Below are positions 56,784 to 64,000 of a DNA stretch of 64,000 nucleotides, one piece after another. The notes beneath the pieces are model-generated. The model was not told the origin of the DNA. It made no database searches and saw only the letters and a program-made list of their open reading frames with translations. Within the stretch, counting starts at the first letter, position 1. The number at the start of each line of letters is the position of its first letter. A program made the position numbers and the translations under genes. The stretch spans positions 77,252,001-77,316,000 of the forward strand of contig OX597831.1 of NCBI GenBank assembly GCA_951406725.2. The letters are read 5' to 3'. This stretch comes from Octopus vulgaris (lineage: Eukaryota).

Positions 56784-56911
56784 TATTCAGGTCACTGCAT
56801 GGAATCGAAATCGGAACCACTGCGATATGCCCACGGGCATGTGGCATTAGTGGTTAAAAGCGCGGGCTACTTACCTCAAGATTCCGAGTTCGATTCGAGA
56901 CAGTAACCTGA

Positions 56912-56968
<57 letters not shown>

Positions 56969-57022
56969 GTAACAGCGAAAAAAAACCTTAGGAATGAGAA
57001 CCCAGGTTTGAAATTCCCCCAA

Positions 57023-57068
57023 GACTCCTGATGAAGGCTGGAGGGTATATCAGCTGAAACGTTGTGTT
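57023..57068 (+). ncRNA. Type-I hammerhead ribozyme, intact core
   Basis: gacuc-CUGAUGA-a-ggcug gaggguauau cagcu-GAAAC-GUU-guguu, with one stem I mismatch. Confidence 0.8.
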
Positions 57069-57869
57069 AACACCATCAAGATGAGGACAAATATCCATCA
57101 AATGTAAATAATGTAAATAATGTACTTAATTCCTCATATCTTAAATATAGAACTGTATTATAAGTCTTTTTATTCCGATAGTTTCATCATTGATTTATTT
57201 TCCTATGGTCTACGATATTCAGTCATTGAAACTTTCTATCAGCTGACAACTTTTCTAATTTGCAGGCCTCTTGTTTTCATCCTTTGTACACCCTTACGCA
57301 ATATAGCGTCAAACCATTCTTAGGGACGAAATCGTCAAAACAAAAGCAAAAAAATCAAAAACAAAACAAGAAAAAGAGGGGAAAGGAATACCTACCTTAC
57401 CTCTGACGCCACCACTAAAAGCTGTTTCGCTCCTTATTTGAGTTACTTCCATTAATGTGACACAAAACGTAGGTAGGAACTTACTTTTGTACTAATACAT
57501 AGAAACCATTTAATAGATTATGGTACTGAAACACATTATTTGACCAGGTTTTTCTGAATTTGCAGGCCTCTTCTTTTAGCTCTTTGTAGACTAAACAATT
57601 CAAACCTACAGATATAACGGACACAGACCCAGGGAAAAACAAAAACGCACAAACTACACATATATGGCATCAACCAATGACACTCTATTTATACAATGTA
57701 TGAAACGGCCATAAAACATCAAAGAACAGAATATATATATACATATATAATGTGTATGTATATATACAATACATATACACCTAGATATACATATACACAC
57801 ATATGTATATATATATATATACATATACACACATATGTATATATATATATATATACATATATTTATGTA

Positions 57870-57910
<41 letters not shown>

Positions 57911-57912
57911 AT

Positions 57913-57972
<60 letters not shown>

Positions 57973-58408
57973 GTGTGTATGAATATATATTTGTCCATAC
58001 ATGCATATATACAAACAGATACAAACACGTACAGACGTACACATATATCATAATGTAAACTAACAATAAGATTGCATTACAAAAAAATAACTCCTCTACA
58101 ATTAAAAGACGGAACTGTCTTATCAGCACAAAACCACAAGCATTTCTGTCCAAAAATGTAATATACAAATTTCATATTAGACATGAAAGCGGTTAGTTAC
58201 CAAACACACAAATACAACCGGTTCCCGATGCTGGTTCACCATATGTATATACAATGATGGGTCAGTGCAGTACATTACAGGAGAAAACACAAAACCATTA
58301 CTGTATATACTGTGCGTTCGTGTATATATGTATTTTGTGTATGTATATATACACATACATATATACACATATATATATATGTATATATATACACCATACA
58401 TACATATA

Positions 58409-58783
58409 GGCGCAGGAGTGGCTGTGTGGTAAGTAGCATGCTTACCAACCACATGGTTCCGGGTTCAGTCCCACTGGGTGGCACCTTGGGCAAGTGTCTT
58501 CTACTATAACCTCAGGCCGACCAAAGTCTTGGTAGACGGAAACTGAAAGAAGCCCGTTGTATATATGTATATATATATGTGTGTGTGTTTGTTTCTGTGT
58601 CCCCCTAGCATTGCTTCTCAACTGGTGCTGGTGTGTTTAAGTCCCCGTCACTTAGCGGTTCGGCAAAAGAGACCGATAGAATAAGTACTGGGCTTACAAA
58701 GAATAAGTCCTGGGGTCGATTTGCTCGACTAAAGGCGGTGCTCCAGCATGGCCGCAGTCAAATGACTGGAGCAAGTAAAAGGG
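58409..58783 (+). mobile_element. SINE family 1
   Basis: Near-complete copy with a CACCTTGGGCAAGTGTCTT core block. Confidence 0.88.
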
Positions 58784-58847
58784 TATATGTATATTTGTAT
58801 GTACATGTGTGTATATATACGTATGTATATGTGTGTACATATATATG

Positions 58848-58886
<39 letters not shown>

Positions 58887-58892
<6 letters not shown>

Positions 58893-59047
58893 AGAATGGA
58901 GGAATAGATTCCTTTCAATCATCAACTTCCAGATAATACCAATTCATATAATTTATTAACTAATTATTTATATTAATAAATTATATGAATTGGTATTATC
59001 TGGAAGTTGATGATTGAAAGAAATCTATTCCTCCATTTTCTTATTTT
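58887..59047. repeat. Foldback (about 73-bp arms 58887-58959 / 58973-59047) starting at (TA)n
   Basis: ATGGAGGAATAGATT...AATTTATTAA is inverted as TTAATAAATT...AATCTATTCCTCCAT. Confidence 0.85.
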
Positions 59048-59272
59048 GTATTATGAATTTGAGGTAAAACATTTTACCTTCGCCCATATAATACAATGAA
59101 TTAAATAATTGCATTCCAATTCTTAGCATTTATGTATTAGCCTTCTGGGTACTTTACTGACAGTATATTGGATAAATGATATTCCATAGTGGGTTACACA
59201 CATAACCCTGTGTGTACCGTTGGCAAATTTTTTCCCTCTGTCTTCCCTTCTCTGGATCTTTCCTTCTCCTAT

Positions 59273-59307
59273 GTTTCCGACGAAGAGCTCCGCTCGAAAA
59301 GTTAAAC
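59273..59307 (+). ncRNA. Minimal hammerhead motif of family B (degenerate)
   Basis: guuu-CCGACGA-a-gagc ucc gcuc-GAAAA-GUU-aaac. Confidence 0.55.
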
Positions 59308-59404
59308 TCTCCTTCTTTCCTTCTTTCCTGAGCGTCCAATAATACTATATTTGTTCCACGTCCTCGCGTTGTTGCGTTTTTTTGTGCTTTCTTGTTTGGA
59401 TTAA

Positions 59405-59453
<49 letters not shown>

Positions 59454-59636
59454 ATAAATATTAGGGAATAAATCCAAATTTACAGGGAAAAATCAGATTT
59501 AGGGTTGAATCCAATTTTATAGTAAAATATAATATAATATTAATTAGAGACAAAACCACTATTATGCAAATCAAACAAAGAAAGACTTAATCCAATACAT
59601 AAAAATTTTTATATAAATTAAATATAATTAAGATAT

Positions 59637-59682
59637 CCACTACGATCGTTTCTTGACACTTCTATTGACATTCATCAGGTGG
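59637..59682 (-). ncRNA. Type-I hammerhead ribozyme, intact core
   Basis: ccac-CUGAUGA-a-uguc aauagaagu guca-a-GAAAC-gauc-GUA-gugg. Confidence 0.8.
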
Positions 59683-59717
59683 TTTCAAGACCTTCTTTGC
59701 CAGTTTTAAACTTGAAA

Positions 59718-59763
59718 CCACCTGATGAATGTCAATAGAAGTGACAAGAAACGATCGTAGTGT
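59718..59763 (+). ncRNA. Type-I hammerhead ribozyme, intact core
   Basis: ccac-CUGAUGA-a-uguc aauagaagu gaca-a-GAAAC-gauc-GUA-gug(u), with palindromic stem III ACGAUCGU. Confidence 0.82.
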
Positions 59764-59856
59764 ATATCTTAATTATATTTAATTTATATAAAAATGTTTA
59801 TGTATTGGATTAAGTCTTTCTTTGTTTGATTTGCATAATAGTGGTTTTGTCTGTAA

Positions 59857-59927
<71 letters not shown>

Positions 59928-60621
59928 TTTTCGCGTTGCCATAATACAGCTTTTCGGTAAAACTTAGAAAAATTAGCAGGTTTTAAAAAGGAATAAATAC
60001 CGGAGTCGTTTTTAATTCGTCTAAAAATTATTGAAGGCGGTGCTCCAGCATGGTCTAAGTCTAATGACTGAAGCAAGTAGCAAATAAGAGATAAGATATC
60101 GCGCGCACACACACAGACACACGTTTGTATGTATATAAACGGGAACGAACTGTCCCGCCTGCTTATTCCCTCATTCTAAGACAATACGTCCAATGGTAAG
60201 ATAAAGGGAAGAGGACTGACCCTGTTTGAGAATACAAGAGATTGCCAAAGTGGCTGAAGAGGTTCCTAGATCTCGCAGTACTCAGGAAGTTGGTATATAG
60301 TCAAAGTCGTAAAATATTACAGTAGATCCGGTATATGTAGCAGAAGCACTGTTACATAACAATAGGCATCAGTGTGTCATACGTTATGCGATTACATCAT
60401 GGAATGGTAAATTTAACTGCAGTATTTGGCAGATAATATTTTCAATGGACGTACTGTGTTTAAAAACTCAAAATATATATCAGTAGCAGACAGCGCCATG
60501 TCAGCTGTAGTATATATGCAAATTTCTTCTCATAGAGGCAGAAATGCACCCCTAACATTCCCACCGCCGTTACTGGTCGGTTTCCCTCTACTATTGATAT
60601 ATTGTTTGTTTTTAAATGCAG

Positions 60622-60962
60622 TAAAGGTAAAATTAAAGACCCTTTTCGGTCACGAATGACCATGGGATTGCACCTAGGAAGTTCCCCTCCGAAGCAAGAT
60701 TATTTGCGGAAGACGACCCGATGCTCATGCATACCAATCTCACCTCTCCACGCCACCGATGAGGTCCAAGGGAAAGACAAAGGGGCCGATGCAGCTTGGC
60801 ACCAGTGACGTCGCAACTTGCTTCTGCAGCTGAGTGAACTGGAGCAACGTGAAATAAAGTGTTTTGCTCCAGAACACAGTACATAGCCCCGTCCGGAAAT
60901 CGAACTTACTACCTCATGATTATAAACCCGATGCTCTAGATACTGAGCTACGCGATTTCACA
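60622..60962 (-). mobile_element. SINE family 4 with a distinct 3' tail
   Basis: Minus-strand tRNA-like head (GTAGCTCAGTA...GTTCGATTTCC), central GAGCAAAACACTTTATTTCACGTTGCTCCAGTTCACTCAGCTG, and a different tail. Confidence 0.65.
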
Positions 60963-60989
60963 AATACAGTAAGACCATAAGTAATATTG

Positions 60990-61190
60990 GTTTCAGATTT
61001 TGGTGCAAATCTAGCAATTTCAGAGGCGGGAGTAAATCGATTTATATCGACTAATAATTATTTTATCGACTCCCAAAGGGATAAAAAGTAAAGTTAACCT
61101 CGCAGGAATTTGAACTCACAACGTAAAGACGGAAGAAACGTCGCTAAGTATTTTGCGCGGGGTGCTTAACAATCCTGCCAGCTCGCCGCT
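60990..61190 (-). mobile_element. SINE family 2
   Basis: GGAATTTGAACTCAC...CTGCCAGCTCGCCGC. Confidence 0.65.
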
Positions 61191-61207
61191 TAATATTAAG
61201 AAATATT

Positions 61208-61598
61208 GTGGAGGTGCAATGGCCCAGTGGTTAGGGCAGCGGACTCGCGGTCATAAGATCGCGGTTTCGATTCCCAGACCGGGCGTTGTGAGTGTTTATT
61301 GAGCGAAAACACCTAAAGCTCCACGAGGCTCCGGCAGGGGATGGTGGTGATCCCTGCTGTACTCTTTCACCACAACTTTCTCTCACTCTTACTTCCTGTT
61401 TCTGTTGTACCTGTATTTCAAAGGACCGGCCTTGTCACTCTCTGTGTCACGCTGAATATCCCCGAGAACTACGTTAAGGGTACACGTGTCTGTGGAGTGC
61501 TCAGCCACTTACAAGTTAATTTCATGAGGAGGCTGTTCCGTTGATTCGGATCAACCAGAACCCTCGTCGTTGTAACCGACGGAGTGCTTCCTCCTCTC
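61208..61598 (+). mobile_element. SINE family 3, full length with 14-bp TSD
   Basis: tRNA head with A/B boxes. Perfect TSD TATTAAGAAATATT at 61194-61207 and 61599-61612. Confidence 0.9.
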
Positions 61599-61815
61599 TA
61601 TTAAGAAATATTAACTCCGGACGAGTACTGCCCCTAATTCCCTTTTTCGTCATATAATCCGTATTACGTATGATTTATTAGTCTTGTATCATGGGGTCTA
61701 ACCCACTACGGAAACTTGTTACCTTACGCACATTCTATCCATGTTGACTTATTACAGCCAACATCGAAGCTGTGAACTTGAAGTTTACTTATATGCTTCA
61801 TTTAGATAGAATTTC

Positions 61816-62255
61816 AGATCTTTTCAGTTTGAACGGCAGTTTTTAACATAATTTCTAGGTAACTAAAAAATTTTAAACTTCGTATACTGGTAGAATGTGT
61901 TTATAAAACATCATTTTCTCTTGGCTTTATTGAGAAAATTCTATAGTTTGTAAGATATTTGTTTTTTTCTTCAATTTCTGCAATTTCAACCAATCACTGA
62001 CGTCCATTGAGGTAAACAACATTCTATGCCGTATGAATATGTCCCTCGTTTAAGAAGCAGATTGGGTTTATTTACATTTGTGAAGAAAAAATGATACCCT
62101 TCCCCCACCCCTAACCCTAACCCTAACTAACCCTACCCCTAACCCTGACCCTAAAATAGATTGAAATGCAATAGATCGATACTAGGGTCATAATTATGGG
62201 CGACAATTTCATATGACACCTCTAGAAAAAACTGCCGTTCAAACCGAAAAGATCC
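61816..62255. mobile_element. MITE with 28-bp TIRs, probably Mutator-like, containing (CCCTAA)n
   Basis: TIRs GATCTTTTCAGTTTGAACGGCAGTTTTT / AAAAACTGCCGTTCAAACCGAAAAGATC. Flanks TAGAATTTC / TAGAATGCA suggest a degenerate ~9-bp TSD. Confidence 0.75.
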
Positions 62256-62816
62256 TAGAATGCAAACATGGTATTCACCCTTCTAGATCTAGTATTGAGT
62301 ACATCAATCATTGTCTTGTATATCATAAGACAGTAGTTATTTGACATATTCTGGACTCTGAGGAGAAGGCAGAACTCAGCTTCAGAACAACTGTGTTTCA
62401 TTTATAGATTTCTTTCACATACAAACACACAACACTGTCTGTATGTCTGTCTTTCTCTTCTCTCTCTCTCCCTCTCTCTCTCCCTCTCTCTCTCTCTGTT
62501 TCTCTGTTTTTATGCATATATATATACATATGCATATATATATATATATATATATATACATATGCATATACACGTGAGTCTATGTTTGTTTGTTTGTGTA
62601 TGTGTGTGTGTGTGTGTGTGCGTACGTGTGCATGTGTGTGTGTGTCCGTGAACCTGTATTTAACCATATGTTAAGGAGTAGTTTCGGTAAGACGTGGGTA
62701 TGTCCGTGCATACATGTAAGCATCTATATTTGCTTATATGTACGTACATGCGTATGTATGTATGTATGTATGTATGTATGTATGTATGTATGTATGTATG
62801 TATGTGTGTATGTATG

Positions 62817-62865
<49 letters not shown>

Positions 62866-62867
62866 AC

Positions 62868-62907
<40 letters not shown>

Positions 62908-62974
62908 ATATATCTATATATGTATAAATATATGTGTGTGTGTGTATGCATATATATGTATATATATGTATGCA

Positions 62975-63013
<39 letters not shown>

Positions 63014-63061
63014 GTGTGTGTGTGTATGCATAAATGTATGCAAGCATGTGTCCCTTGTATG

Positions 63062-63108
<47 letters not shown>

Positions 63109-64000
63109 TTGCATGAACGTATATATCTATATATGTATGTGTATAGGTACGCATGTAAGTATTTATGTATGGAGTTGTAATATATAAATTTATGAGTTAT
63201 ATTCGTTTTCGCTGTCGTTCTCAACAGCTCTTGTCTTCCTCACTCGCAGAACTTAACGAGTTCAGTATGAAGTGATGAAATACCAAACATTCTTTTAAAG
63301 CGTTGACCACGTTACTGTGACTTTTAGAAAACCCATTGTGGTTTTACTAGAGTGCTTCAAGGTTTGTTGTACTGTATATGTAAGTATGGTGAAAAGAAAA
63401 AAAAGATTAAAGAGTGGAGAGTGGGGAGTATTTCTAAATGATTTATGATTTATGACATCCAGTAGAAAAGAAATGATTACTCTGCGCTTTTTTTCTCTTT
63501 CTGGATTCAGTCCCAGTTCAGCTAGTGGGTCAATGCATTTGTTGTAAGTTATACACGACCGCTTGATTGTTTAGAAATAACAGAATAATCTCCCTGAATT
63601 CTTACCCCACCCATTATTACGTTCTTTAGAAAAACCACAAAATTTAATCACAAGGCCAATTTTTTTATGAAGGGATGTTAATCGATGACATTGACCCCAA
63701 TACGGTAATCTTACTTTATTTTATCAGCCAAATAATGGAGCCGATGTAAACCCCTGCCCTCAAAGAAACCCCTGCCCTCAAAACTTCTGGTCTTGTACCC
63801 TAATTAAAAGCACTATTATTCCGTTATAGCACTGGATGTACACTTGTAAATATAAAGGATGCGGGTTGATACGATATTTGAAAATTCAATTAAATGTTTA
63901 TGCGGTCATTGTTTTCACACGTAACCAATCTAACATTGTGAACAGCCAACGGAGCATGTAAGACTGGACACCATGCTCAAATGTTAACGTATTAAGCTTC

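Larger units (their letters stand above)
59451..59868. mobile_element. Foldback element (158-bp arms 59532-59689 / 59711-59868 plus tail) between (TA)n tracts, with a hammerhead in each arm
   Basis: The arms are near-perfect reverse complements separated by a 21-nt spacer. Confidence 0.88.

Noticed and set aside
56835-56910. Genuine tRNA genes at SINE heads (also 25901 and 61208)
   Set aside because: A/B boxes are present, but there is no proper acceptor stem or terminator, and the sequences continue into SINE bodies.
62108-62154. Chromosome end or fusion scar
   Set aside because: The tract is short, degenerate and enclosed by MITE TIRs.

Overview
AT-rich eukaryotic DNA saturated with microsatellites ((TA)n, (CA)n, (TATG)n, (TCTA)n, (ATT)n, (TTC)n, (CAC)n). 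The repeat and SINE content resembles an octopus/cephalopod genome (inference, not verified). I cannot support any host protein-coding gene; nearly all ORF-track entries are microsatellite translations. Recognisable transposable elements are: a decayed full-length Tx1/L1-clade LINE plus a 5'-truncated sister copy, both embedded in (TCTA)n; R4/Dong-type RLE LINE remnants in (TAA)n; CR1-like LINE remnants; a mariner remnant; nested hAT MITEs; a MULE-like MITE; non-autonomous Helitrons; and several tRNA-derived SINE families. The most striking unannotated layer is about a dozen minimal type-I hammerhead ribozyme motifs, six with an intact CUGANGA/GAAA/NUH core. Most lie in short elements beside (TA)n tracts, and some of those elements are long foldbacks, a Penelope-like pseudo-LTR architecture. 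The best case is a tRNA-headed (Pol III) hammerhead-carrying SINE inserted as a head-to-head inverted pair within one 13-bp target-site duplication (56168-57159). Coordinates were read by eye and may be off by a few bases. Family names rest on motif recognition, not database searches.
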